Shown: positions 44,268 to 57,655 of the stretch, one piece after another
How positions within the stretch are numbered: position 1 is the first letter of the stretch
How the letters are laid out: every line of letters starts with the position of its first letter
Source of the DNA: Thermoplasmata archaeon
GTDB taxonomy: Archaea; Thermoplasmatota; E2; DHVEG-1
Direction: 5' to 3'
Assembly: GCA_003942085.1 (NCBI GenBank)
Contig: DQIQ01000001.1
Span: 24,950 to 88,949, forward strand
Length of the DNA: 64,000 bases
Translations under genes and position numbers: made by a program
The notes under the pieces: generated by a model
Seen by the model: only the letters and a program-made list of their open reading frames with translations
The model's database searches: none
What the model was told of the DNA's origin: nothing

Positions 44268-47072
44268 CTATGATTTTACGAGCCCGACCGGTTTTTTAGG
44301 GTTTTTTTTTGTTTTTTTTCCATTATCGGACTCGTCGGAATCGTTGATCTTTTTGCCGCTCTCAAGGGTCCCATCCACAAGCCCGTCATCAAGGATGACG
44401 TCATACTCTACCTTGTATTCACCAGGGTCCCCTTCCGAGAACCTGAAATTTTTCTCACGGCATAACGCGATCATCGGGTAATTATCCTTCAGGACGACCC
44501 CGGTGACCTTTGACAGGTTCTTGTCTTTTGCGATTTCTATGAGATAATCAAGGAACTCAGAGCCGAGGCCTTGCCGCTGCCATTCATCGGTGACGACCAG
44601 AGCGAACTCTGCTTCATCGTTCCGGGCAGGATCAAGGATAAGCCGGGAGACGCCAAGGAGCCGTTTTTTCCCATTTTCCTCCATTTCTGCGACAATACCT
44701 ATCTCCCTGTCGTAGTCTATGTTACAATATCGTGTTCGAACCTCATGTGGTGTGTCTTTGATGATTCGGAAAAACCGGAAACGAACGGTTTCCTCAGAGA
44801 ATGTTTTAAACATCTCCAGCCACATGTTCTCATCCTCAGGCTTTATCGGCCGAAGCAGGGCTTTTTTCCCATCCTTCAGGACGATCGGCTTCATGTATTT
44901 GACTGGATATGGCGTAATAATAAGATGCGGATGTTTCGCAGGCTCAGGATCAAGGATGATCCGGGCATCGACCGCGATAAGGTCGTTTCCCTGCGGGATT
45001 AGCGGGTTGATATCGACTTCTTTGATCTCAGGATGATCGATAAGCATCTGTGAAAACTTAATCATCGCTTCTTCGACTTTCTTCATATCAACAGGCGGGA
45101 CGTTTCGGAATCCTTTCAAAAGCTCATATGCCTTTGTCTTTTCAATGATACGCTGCGCCAAGGTCTGGTTCAACGGGGGAAAACCGATCGCACGGTCCTT
45201 AAACAACTCGGTATAAATACCACCCAATCCAAAGAGGATCACCGACCCGAACACCGGGTCCTTTTTTGATCCAAGGATCAGTTCATACCCCTGATTCTTA
45301 ATCTGCTTCTGAATGGTTACCCCAAGGATCGTCGCACCCGGGACTTTTTCTTTCGCTTGCTTAACCATTGCTCTAAATGCGGTTTTCACATCATCCCCAC
45401 ATCGTAGATCAAGGACGACGCCACCGACATCGCTCTTGTGACTAATCTGTGGAGATAATATCTTCATCACCACTGGGTACCCTATTTTCTCTGCTGCGAT
45501 CCTTGCTTTTTCTTCATTTTCTGTTATGATCGGCGATGTTGTGTTAATCCCGTAGAGCTCAAGAAATGTCTTTGCCTCGCTTTCATTAAGCAGGACTCTT
45601 TTCTCTTTTGCTGCTGCATTTAGGATTTTTTTGATAATCTCGGTATGAGCCGGGGTTTTGATGTTTAACTCCTCCGGGGTCTCATACAGCTGGCCTAAAT
45701 GACGTTCATAATGATACAGATACATGTAGGATTCAACCGCTTCATCGGGTGATGCATAGGTCGGGATGTTGTTCCGGTTGAGGATCTCCCTTGCGTGATA
45801 CACGCTTGCCTCACCGATAAAAGAGGTGAGAATAGGTTTGGTTGATTTTCGCGCGATATCCACAAGTCGGTCCGCGAGTTTCTGCGGGTCAGCCATCACC
45901 TGAGGGACACAGAGGATCAACAGACCGTCGATGTTCTTATCCTCAAGGCAAATCTCGATTGCTTTCTGATACCGCTCCTCGTCGCCATCTCCGATGATGT
46001 CCACGGGGTTGCCATGGCTCCAATGGGTCGGCAGCACCTTATTGAGCTTATCGATCGTCTCAGGGGACAACGTAGCAAGCTTACCGCCTTTCTCGATGAT
46101 CGAATCCGTGGCAAGCACTCCGGGTCCTCCAGCATTGGTCACGATTGCGATGTTCGGCCCCATCGGACGCGGCTGTTTGGCAAGAATAGATGAGCAGTTG
46201 AACAAATCCATGATATCCATGACACGGACAACACCTGACCTTCGGAACGCAGCCTCATAGATGATGTCCTCACCGGCAAGAGCACCAGTGTGGGACGCCG
46301 CTGCCTTTGCCCCTTCTTTATAGCGCCCGGATTTAATCACAATAATCGGCTTTGCACGAGCGAACGCTTTAGTCGCACTCATGAACTTCCGCGCATCAGT
46401 AATCGACTCGATATACAACACGATGCTTCTGGTGTGAATGTCCATCCCGAAATAATCGATGAGGTCACCGAAATCGACATCAAGCATCGAGCCGACAGAA
46501 ACAAACGAGCTGAACCCGACTTTCGCGGCTGCAGCCCAGTCAAGGATCGCCCCACAGACCGCACCACTCTGAGATAGCAGCGCAATCGACCCTTTCTCAG
46601 GCATGGAGCCGGCAAAGGTCGCATTCAAATTCAGATACGGCATGATGAAACCGACACAATTCGGACCCAGGATACGCAACTCATATTTTTTCTTCAGTTC
46701 AAGCAGTCGTTCTTCCCGAATAACACCCTCAGGTCCGATCTCTTTAAACCCAGCAGAGATGATCAAAATACCTTTGATGCCTCGTATCCCACACTGTTCG
46801 ACTATATCACAGACGATAGACGCGGGTGTGGCAATAATCGCCAAATCGACGATCTTGGGAACATCATTGATGGATGGATAGGCTTGTACCCCCTGCACGC
46901 TCTCTCGTTTTGAATTCACAGGATAGACAACGCCCTCATACCCCGATCCTATGAGATTTCGAAAAATCCTGTATCCAGCGGACCCGATGGTTTCACTTGC
47001 GCCAATCACTGCGATACTTTTTGGTTTGAATATTTTATCAAATTTTGCACCATTCATCGTGTTTCCCTCCAT
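44268..47072 (-). CDS. NDP-forming acyl-CoA synthetase (fused alpha/beta, ACD-like) with a C-terminal GNAT acetyltransferase domain and a Lys-rich tail. The architecture is that of a Pat-like protein acetyltransferase.
   Basis: CoA-binding KSIAVIGASE, SQSGAVCGAILDW, KAAASHTGALAG (the expected phospho-His region), the ATP-grasp segment YPVVMKILSPQISHKSDVGGVVLDL, and GNAT LVVTDEWQRQGLGSEFL. Confidence 0.7.
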   Translation of the reverse strand: MEGNTMNGAKFDKIFKPKSIAVIGASETIGSAGYRIFRNLIGSGYEGVVYPVNSKRESVQGVQAYPSINDVPKIVDLAIIATPASIVCDIVEQCGIRGIKGILIISAGFKEIGPEGVIREERLLELKKKYELRILGPNCVGFIMPYLNLNATFAGSMPEKGSIALLSQSGAVCGAILDWAAAAKVGFSSFVSVGSMLDVDFGDLIDYFGMDIHTRSIVLYIESITDARKFMSATKAFARAKPIIVIKSGRYKEGAKAAASHTGALAGEDIIYEAAFRRSGVVRVMDIMDLFNCSSILAKQPRPMGPNIAIVTNAGGPGVLATDSIIEKGGKLATLSPETIDKLNKVLPTHWSHGNPVDIIGDGDEERYQKAIEICLEDKNIDGLLILCVPQVMADPQKLADRLVDIARKSTKPILTSFIGEASVYHAREILNRNNIPTYASPDEAVESYMYLYHYERHLGQLYETPEELNIKTPAHTEIIKKILNAAAKEKRVLLNESEAKTFLELYGINTTSPIITENEEKARIAAEKIGYPVVMKILSPQISHKSDVGGVVLDLRCGDDVKTAFRAMVKQAKEKVPGATILGVTIQKQIKNQGYELILGSKKDPVFGSVILFGLGGIYTELFKDRAIGFPPLNQTLAQRIIEKTKAYELLKGFRNVPPVDMKKVEEAMIKFSQMLIDHPEIKEVDINPLIPQGNDLIAVDARIILDPEPAKHPHLIITPYPVKYMKPIVLKDGKKALLRPIKPEDENMWLEMFKTFSEETVRFRFFRIIKDTPHEVRTRYCNIDYDREIGIVAEMEENGKKRLLGVSRLILDPARNDEAEFALVVTDEWQRQGLGSEFLDYLIEIAKDKNLSKVTGVVLKDNYPMIALCREKNFRFSEGDPGEYKVEYDVILDDGLVDGTLESGKKINDSDESDNGKKTKKNPKKPVGLVKS

Positions 47073-47193
47073 AGTAATGAGCTGTAGAGCACCAAAACCT
47101 CAAAACTCAAGCGATTATATAAGGATATCGCCACCTCTGTTTTTATTGTTAAAAAAATAAAGAAAAAAAGGAAAATAATTCCTTTTCCCGAAC

Positions 47194-50796
<3,603 letters not shown>

Positions 50797-50858
50797 TCAA
50801 CTAACTAACCGGTATTCTGGATTGATAGATAAATATTTGGTTACCAGGAGAAGAAGGG

Positions 50859-51893
50859 CTAGAGATTCCAATAATCACCGAGGAATCGTTTCAGCTGGGA
50901 AACGATGTTTTTTACTCCTTCAGGGTCAGTGTCAGGGATGTCTGCTTCCTCCAAGTAGTCTTGTTTTCCTAAAACACCGCAGATGATATTATAATACGAT
51001 TTAATGCAGGCGGTACTGTTATACCCTCCACCGAGGAGAACCAGCAGCTTTTTACAGGTTTCCTGGGAGAGCTCTGTGATTTGTCTTGCGAGATGATAGT
51101 ACGTCTGATATGTGAGATTCAGATCGGCAAGTGGGTCTGCATGATGCGAATCCACTCCAGATTGATACAGGATGATCTCCGGTTGAAACTGACGTGTGAT
51201 GGGCGGCACGATTTCTTTAAATGCCTTCAAATAACTCATGCCACCAGTACCTGGGGGAAATGGGAGATTGACCGTATACCCTGCAGCATCATCCCTGCCG
51301 ATCGTCTCGACACGCCCTGTACCAGGATATAATGTCCGTCCATCCTGATGAAACGACAGATTAAGGACGGTTCGATCATCGATATAAATGTCCTGGGTCC
51401 CATTCCCATGATGAACATCCAGGTCAATGATCATAAACCGCTTCAGGTGATGTTTATCTCTGAGGTATTCGATGGTTATTGCAATATCGTTGAAGAAACA
51501 AAATCCTGAGGAATGCCCTTTGCTTGCATGGTGAAAACCACCGAGTGGGTTGACCGTGCAATTATACCCTTCGAACAATTTTTCACCGGCAAACATGCTT
51601 CCTCCAGCAGCCAGGCTTGCGACTTCAAAAATCCCTTTGGGCGCCGGTGTATCCTCTGATAGCCATCCACCGGTTTGACTGAGTTGTTTTACATGCTCGA
51701 CATAGGACGCGTCATGAACCCGTAGCAAATCTGCTTCTGTTGCTTTCTTAGGTGTGAACAGAGAAAATTCTGAAAGCATATTCTTTTCTTTCAGAATTGC
51801 GATGGTGTTCTTTGGTTTGTCGCCAATGAGCGGATGATCAATCCCCAGGTCGTACTTATTATAATCCTCGTGGTAGACGATTGCTTGTTTCAT
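50859..51893 (-). CDS. Histone deacetylase / AcuC-family protein deacylase.
   Basis: DLDVHHGNGTQDIY and GGGYN are class I/II HDAC-fold motifs. Confidence 0.75.
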   Translation of the reverse strand: MKQAIVYHEDYNKYDLGIDHPLIGDKPKNTIAILKEKNMLSEFSLFTPKKATEADLLRVHDASYVEHVKQLSQTGGWLSEDTPAPKGIFEVASLAAGGSMFAGEKLFEGYNCTVNPLGGFHHASKGHSSGFCFFNDIAITIEYLRDKHHLKRFMIIDLDVHHGNGTQDIYIDDRTVLNLSFHQDGRTLYPGTGRVETIGRDDAAGYTVNLPFPPGTGGMSYLKAFKEIVPPITRQFQPEIILYQSGVDSHHADPLADLNLTYQTYYHLARQITELSQETCKKLLVLLGGGYNSTACIKSYYNIICGVLGKQDYLEEADIPDTDPEGVKNIVSQLKRFLGDYWNL

Positions 51894-52082
51894 GCTTCCT
51901 GATAGGGAATCGTAAAGGATGTAAAAAGGTTCCTGCCAAGCAGCCCTGGACAGTTAAGCAAATATATCTGTTTGGTATTTACATCAAAAGCTATCATATC
52001 GCTCTTGGGGATCTCTTCAGAAACATATTCGTACAGATCATGAAGGGAGGCGTTTGTAATCCTGTAGAATCATGGTGACGAA

Positions 52083-53084
52083 ATGACAACAGAAAAGAAG
52101 AAGAAAGACTCAACCAAAAAACTCCAGGTCGCATTCTATTGGGCTGCCAGCTGTGGCGGCTGTGAAATCGGGATGCTTGACATTGACGAAAAAATCCTTG
52201 ATGTGACCGCAGCTGCCGATATCGTGTTTTGGCCGGTTGCCCTTGACATAAAATACAAAGACGTTGAAGCGTTCGATGATCAAAGCATTGATGTCTGTTT
52301 TTTCAACGGTGGCATCCGCACCTCAGAGCATGAACATCTCGCAAAACTCCTCCGGAAGAAATCAAAGGCTCTCGTCTCCTTTGGCGCTTGCGCGGTCAGT
52401 GGCGGAGTACCAGGTCTAGCCAACATGGCTAATCGTGAAGAAGTCTTCAAAACAGCTTATCTTGAGAACCCTTCAACTGAAAACCCTGAAAAGACACTTC
52501 CGAAAACCAAATCAAAGGTAAAAGAAGGAGACCTGACTATCCCTGAATTTTACGACGCGGTAAAACCCCTTCATCAAGTCGTTGACGTCGATTACTATAT
52601 TCCTGGGTGCCCACCTCCACCATGGTTGATCCTTGATGCATTTAACGCTATTGTAGAAAACAAGCTTCCAGCGAAAGGCTCAGTGCTTGCGCCTCTTAAA
52701 TCAGTTTGTGACGAATGCCGGTTTAAACTATCGGAAAAGAAGATCAACTCAGTGAAACGTATTTATGAACTGGAAAAAATCGAGGAGAAATGCTTCCTGG
52801 AACAAAGCGTCATCTGTATGGGGCCTGCGACACGATCCGGATGCCGCGGGCGATGCATGGAGGGAAACATGCCCTGTACCGGATGTGGTGGAATACTCCC
52901 CAACGCTCTTGACCAGGGAGCAAGTATGATCTCCGCGCTTGCATCAATCCTGGGTGTGGAATCTGAACAAGGGATGAACGATGAAGAGGTTGACAGACTT
53001 ATCGAAGAAGTCCGTGACGTGGTTGGGACATTCTACAAATACACGTTACCAGCATCGCTGATTAACCGTAAGGTGATGAAATGA
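52083..53084 (+). CDS. mvhG: [NiFe] hydrogenase small subunit, MvhG-like (group 3).
   Basis: The N-terminal WAASCGGCEIG proximal-cluster motif and C-terminal Cys clusters are present. Its end overlaps the large-subunit start. Confidence 0.7.
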   Translation: MTTEKKKKDSTKKLQVAFYWAASCGGCEIGMLDIDEKILDVTAAADIVFWPVALDIKYKDVEAFDDQSIDVCFFNGGIRTSEHEHLAKLLRKKSKALVSFGACAVSGGVPGLANMANREEVFKTAYLENPSTENPEKTLPKTKSKVKEGDLTIPEFYDAVKPLHQVVDVDYYIPGCPPPPWLILDAFNAIVENKLPAKGSVLAPLKSVCDECRFKLSEKKINSVKRIYELEKIEEKCFLEQSVICMGPATRSGCRGRCMEGNMPCTGCGGILPNALDQGASMISALASILGVESEQGMNDEEVDRLIEEVRDVVGTFYKYTLPASLINRKVMK

Positions 53085-54538
53085 AGACGATCACCATTGA
53101 TCCCATCACCAGGTTAGAAGGCCATGGGAAAATCAACATCTTCCTTGATGATAGCGGGAACGTGGAAAACGCTTACTTGCAGATCCCAGAGCTTCGAGGA
53201 TTTGAACGATTCTCCGAGGGACGACGCGCCGAGGATATGCCTCAGATCACCTCTCGCATCTGCGGGGTCTGTCCGGTCGCTCATCATTTTGCTGCCACCA
53301 AGGCTTTGGACGCGGCGTTCCATGTCGACCCGCCAGCAGCTGCAAAGAAACTCCGTGAACTCCTCTACTGTGGATACATCATCTATGACCATATCTTACA
53401 TTTCTATTTCCTTGGAGGACCTGATTTCGTGGTCGGTCCAGATGCACCAGCAGCAAAAAGAAACATCCTGGGGGTCATAGAAAAAGCAGGGATCGATGTT
53501 GCAAAGGATGTGATTAAACATCGCGCGTACGGCCAGAAGATCACCGCGATCCTCGGCGGAAAAGCAACGCATCCGGTCTGCGGACTTCCGGGTGGAGTTT
53601 CAAAAGGGCTTTCCAAGGACGAAGTCTTGGAAATCAAAGACATGGTCGGGTCCTGTAACACCTTTGCGAAATTCACCTTAAACCTGTTTGATGATATCGT
53701 TCTGAAGAACAAAGCCTATGTTGATCTGATTCGTTCAGACCCCTACACGCTTAAAACCTACAACATGGGACTTGTCGATGCCCACAACAAGGTCAATTTC
53801 TACGACGGACTCATCCGAGTCACGGATCAAGAAGGCAACGAACTTGAGAAATTCAAAGGCGAGAACTACGCCAAACACATCGCCGAGCATGTCGAAGAAT
53901 GGAGCTACATGAAATTCCCGTACCTCAAAAGCATCGGATGGCATGGTCTTTCGGATGGGAAAAAAAGTGGTATTTACCGCGTTGGTCCCTTGGGAAGGCT
54001 GAACGCAGCCGCGGGTATGACAACCCCACAGGCAGAAAAGGAATACAAACGGATGTTTGACACTCTCGGCGGAAAGCCAGTGAACTCTACCCTTGCATTC
54101 CATTGGGCGCGACTCATTGAGCTGCTCTATGCGACAGAGCGAGCCAAAGAGCTCATTGAGGATGCGGACATCACTTCTTCACATATTCGAAACCCGGTTG
54201 GGATACCAGGGGAGGGAGTCGGCGTCGTCGAAGCTGCCCGGGGCACCTTGATTCATCACTATCAGCTTGACAAGAATGGACTGATCAAGAAAGCAAATCT
54301 GATTGTTGCGACGACGAACAATGCTGGAGCAATCACGATGTCGGTCCGGAATGCAGCCAAAGGTGTAATACAGAAAGGAGTGGTCAATGACGGGCTGTTG
54401 AATAAAGTGGAAATGGCGTTCCGTGCCTACGACCCGTGTTTCGGTTGCGCGACCCATACGCTCCCCGGAGGGTTACCGATGACAGTGAATATTTACGATC
54501 ATAAGAAGAATTTATATCGATCACTTTCACAACACTAG
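53081..54538 (+). CDS. mvhA: [NiFe] hydrogenase large subunit, MvhA-like.
   Basis: N-terminal RICGVCPVAHH and C-terminal DPCFGCATH Ni-Fe ligand motifs. Confidence 0.8.
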   Translation: MKTITIDPITRLEGHGKINIFLDDSGNVENAYLQIPELRGFERFSEGRRAEDMPQITSRICGVCPVAHHFAATKALDAAFHVDPPAAAKKLRELLYCGYIIYDHILHFYFLGGPDFVVGPDAPAAKRNILGVIEKAGIDVAKDVIKHRAYGQKITAILGGKATHPVCGLPGGVSKGLSKDEVLEIKDMVGSCNTFAKFTLNLFDDIVLKNKAYVDLIRSDPYTLKTYNMGLVDAHNKVNFYDGLIRVTDQEGNELEKFKGENYAKHIAEHVEEWSYMKFPYLKSIGWHGLSDGKKSGIYRVGPLGRLNAAAGMTTPQAEKEYKRMFDTLGGKPVNSTLAFHWARLIELLYATERAKELIEDADITSSHIRNPVGIPGEGVGVVEAARGTLIHHYQLDKNGLIKKANLIVATTNNAGAITMSVRNAAKGVIQKGVVNDGLLNKVEMAFRAYDPCFGCATHTLPGGLPMTVNIYDHKKNLYRSLSQH

Positions 54539-54547
54539 GAGATCAAG

Positions 54548-55006
54548 ATGAAAACGATCGTGCTTGGTATTGGAAACCCAATATTGCAGGATGACGGCGT
54601 TGGCATCCATGTCATCGATGCACTACGACCGCACATTACCAACCCGATGGTAACCGTAGATTCTGCATACACCGGAGGAATGAATCTCCTGGACATGATC
54701 CGTGGTTACGAGAAGGTCATCTTAATCGATGCAATCAAACAAGAAGGCAGCAGGCCAGGTGCGGTGAAACGATTCTTGCTTTCTGATGCACCGACCGTCC
54801 ATTCCTGTAACCCTCATGATGTATCGCTGTCTGAAGCGCTGCGTCTTGCAAAACAAATTGGAGAAAAGCATCTCCCCAGTGAAATCGTGGTCATTGGTAT
54901 TGTCGTGAAAAACACCTTTGATTTTGGAGAGCGTCTCAGCAAAGAGGTCGCCTCCGCGGTACCAAACGCAGTAACCATGGTACTAGATGAATTGAAAAAC
55001 ACCTAG
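54548..55006 (+). CDS. Hydrogenase maturation endopeptidase (HycI/HoxM family).
   Basis: [22 protein letters not shown] is the conserved N-terminus of this family. Confidence 0.7.
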   Translation: MKTIVLGIGNPILQDDGVGIHVIDALRPHITNPMVTVDSAYTGGMNLLDMIRGYEKVILIDAIKQEGSRPGAVKRFLLSDAPTVHSCNPHDVSLSEALRLAKQIGEKHLPSEIVVIGIVVKNTFDFGERLSKEVASAVPNAVTMVLDELKNT

Positions 55007-55017
55007 AGGAAAATAAC

Positions 55018-55440
55018 ATGTCAAAAGAATTTGAACCAAACATCCTAGGATTTCTCTGCAACTGGTGCAGTTACGCAGGAGCTGACCTAGCTGGGACCAG
55101 TAGGATGAAATACCCAACGAATCTGAAATCAATTCGTGTCATGTGCTCAGGGCGGGTCGACCCGGCTTTTGTTCTTGAGGCATTCAGGAAAGGGGTTGAT
55201 GGCGTTCTCATAGCAGGGTGTCATCCTGGTGACTGCCATTACCAATCAGGCAACTATAAGACGAACCGACGGGTTAAATTGCTGAAAAAATTATTAGAAG
55301 AACTCGGGATTGAGCCACAACGTATACGATTTGAATACGTCTCTGCCTCAGAAGGACAGAAGTTCGCTACAGTGGTCACTGAGTTTGTCGCAGAGATCAA
55401 AAAAATAGGGCCTAATCCCATTACCGTACATAATAAATAA
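55018..55440 (+). CDS. mvhD: Methyl-viologen-reducing hydrogenase delta subunit, MvhD.
   Basis: [17 protein letters not shown]...[10 protein letters not shown]...[10 protein letters not shown] is the MvhD pattern. Confidence 0.8.
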   Translation: MSKEFEPNILGFLCNWCSYAGADLAGTSRMKYPTNLKSIRVMCSGRVDPAFVLEAFRKGVDGVLIAGCHPGDCHYQSGNYKTNRRVKLLKKLLEELGIEPQRIRFEYVSASEGQKFATVVTEFVAEIKKIGPNPITVHNK

Positions 55441-55459
55441 AAAAAGAGGTGAATAACAC

Positions 55460-55618
55460 ATGGCAGAGGAAAAGAAAGGAAAAGTAGAGGAAGCAGCTGA
55501 AAAAACCGGGGAAGTCGTCGGAAAAGGTGTTAAAAAAGGCTGGGATGTTGTAAAAGCTTTTGGAAAAGGGGTAAAAGAGGGAGTATCAAAGGATAAAAAA
55601 GGAGAAAAAAAAGAATAA
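55460..55618 (+). CDS. Possible 52-aa Lys/Glu-rich small protein downstream of mvhD.
   Basis: MAEEKKGKVEEAAEKTGEVVGKGVKKGWDVVKAFGKGVKEGVSKDKKGEKKE. gaggtga lies 7 nt upstream of the ATG. Hand-translated and low complexity. Confidence 0.2.
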   Translation: MAEEKKGKVEEAAEKTGEVVGKGVKKGWDVVKAFGKGVKEGVSKDKKGEKKE

Positions 55619-55670
55619 TACCTTTCAATCATTTTTCTTTTAATACTGTACTATCCGGTAGGAGTGCCAC

Positions 55671-57485
55671 TTGAGAAACGACGATGAGGTCTCAGGAGAA
55701 AACCTACCTCAAAAGGATAGAGAGATTAAAATAGATTTATATAATATAAATTTGTATTGTTATACTCAGAGGTATGAATTGAAAAAAATATTATTTACGT
55801 TTGTCGTCGTTTTTTCGCTGATTGCCCTCGCCTCATCAAAGGCAGCTGATCAATACCGATCAAATGCTCTCCAAATCACAAGCAAATCAAATACTTCAAC
55901 TGATTGTTCAGGAAATGTGACCAATATTTCGATTGAAAACATCGTTGGGGGCGTAGGTTTAACAGGAGTCGTGAGAAACAATGGAGGAGTCACTCTCAAT
56001 AATCTCACAGTATCGATAAATATGACCACGGGCTCTTTTGTACGATTAAAAACCACTTCTTTTTCAATACAGACACTCGCGATAAACGAATCAACCGAAC
56101 TCCGCATACAACTCTTTGGCATTGGTCTTGGAAAACTCACACCACTCCCCGAGATATCAATTATCGTAAAATCTTCTGAGAGTGTTCAAAAAGAAGTGCA
56201 AATCGTTACCATGATCTTTGGTCCATTTACGAAAATTATTACCACTTATATCAAGGGAGAGGCATTTAACGGATATACACTGTTCTCCCCGGAATACTCT
56301 AAAAAAGCTTTTTTAATGGACAAACAGGGCAAAATTGTCCATACATGGGAAAGCAGCTATATCCAAGGACTGGGATTGCTTCTCCTAGAAAATGGGGACC
56401 TTCTTCGTACTGCGCTGCTCTACAACAATCCAGTGTTCATCGCCGGTGGAGCGACCGGAGGCGTAGAGCTCTTTAACTGGAACGGATCGATTCTTTGGCA
56501 TTACAACTATTCAAATGATCAGCATTGCCTCCATCATGACATTGAAATTCTCCCCAATGGCCATATCCTTATGGTCGGATGGGAATATAAAACAGCTGAA
56601 GAGGCGATTGCTGCTGGTCGGAATCCTGATACTCTACCGGTCGGCGAATTATGGCCTGACCATGTCATCGAGGTTGAACGAACCGGTCCGTTCGGAGGCA
56701 CTATCGTCTGGGAATGGCATACCTGGGATCATCTCATACAAGATTTTAACCCAGTAAAAGAGAATTATGGTGTCGTGAAAGAGCACCCTGAGCTGATCGA
56801 CATCAATTATGGTACTGATATCGGGAAGGAACGCGCAGATTGGAACCATATCAACTCCATTGATTATAATGAGAAATATGATCAGATTCTTCTGAGTGCT
56901 CATAACCAACATGAGATCTGGATCATCGATCATAGTACAACCACGGAAGAATCAGCAGGACATACAGGTGGTAACAGTGGAAACGGAGGCGACCTTCTCT
57001 ATCGGTACGGAAACCCAGAAACCTATGGTGCAGGAACTTCAAATGACCAGCGACTCTTTGGACAACATGATGCACAATGGATTCCAGAAGGATCCCCGGG
57101 CGAAGGAAATATCCTTATCTTCAATAATGGTGAAGGACGACCAGATGGGCAATACTCGTCGGTCGATGAGTTAATTCCACCAGTCGATGACAATGGCTTT
57201 TATTATCTAGAGCCGGGTTTAGCTTACGGACCAAAGGAGCTTGTCTGGAGCTATACCGCTGAGAACCCGTTTGATTTTTATGCCGGGTACCTCTCGAGTG
57301 CCCAACGATTACCGAATGGAAATACGCTGGTCTGCGATGGGGACCATGGTGAATTCTTCGAAGTAACGTCAGAGAAAAAAACGGTATGGAAATATCACAA
57401 TACGATTCCGAATCCAATTGCTAATCAAGTCTTTAAAATTCTCTGCTATCCCCCTGACTATCCTGGTCTTAACTATCTTTCATAA
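55671..57485 (+). CDS. Arylsulfotransferase (ASST) family beta-propeller protein, secreted. A TTG at 55779 (LKKILFTF...) preceded by gaggt is the likely real start.
   Basis: HHDIEILPNGHILMV, WEWHTWDH, NHINSIDYNEKYDQILLSAHNQHEIWIIDH and LPNGNTLVCDG resemble ASST. The signal peptide is ILFTFVVVFSLIALASSKA. Confidence 0.55.
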   Translation: MRNDDEVSGENLPQKDREIKIDLYNINLYCYTQRYELKKILFTFVVVFSLIALASSKAADQYRSNALQITSKSNTSTDCSGNVTNISIENIVGGVGLTGVVRNNGGVTLNNLTVSINMTTGSFVRLKTTSFSIQTLAINESTELRIQLFGIGLGKLTPLPEISIIVKSSESVQKEVQIVTMIFGPFTKIITTYIKGEAFNGYTLFSPEYSKKAFLMDKQGKIVHTWESSYIQGLGLLLLENGDLLRTALLYNNPVFIAGGATGGVELFNWNGSILWHYNYSNDQHCLHHDIEILPNGHILMVGWEYKTAEEAIAAGRNPDTLPVGELWPDHVIEVERTGPFGGTIVWEWHTWDHLIQDFNPVKENYGVVKEHPELIDINYGTDIGKERADWNHINSIDYNEKYDQILLSAHNQHEIWIIDHSTTTEESAGHTGGNSGNGGDLLYRYGNPETYGAGTSNDQRLFGQHDAQWIPEGSPGEGNILIFNNGEGRPDGQYSSVDELIPPVDDNGFYYLEPGLAYGPKELVWSYTAENPFDFYAGYLSSAQRLPNGNTLVCDGDHGEFFEVTSEKKTVWKYHNTIPNPIANQVFKILCYPPDYPGLNYLS

Positions 57486-57655
57486 ATAATTTGTAAGAAC
57501 AAGGTGTACAACCTCTCTTGATCTTCGCTAGGGTCAATCGAAGAGAAATTTATTGTTCTGATTCTTTTTTTCAACACAGGCCTTTCACCGAAAGAATTAT
57601 ATAGTATAATTTCAATTAAAACTTACCTATTTGATTTAGAGGAGGCAAAGAAAAA

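Noticed and set aside
53114-54457. Several minus-strand ORFs inside the hydrogenase operon.
   Set aside because: They are antisense to the highly conserved mvhA large-subunit gene.
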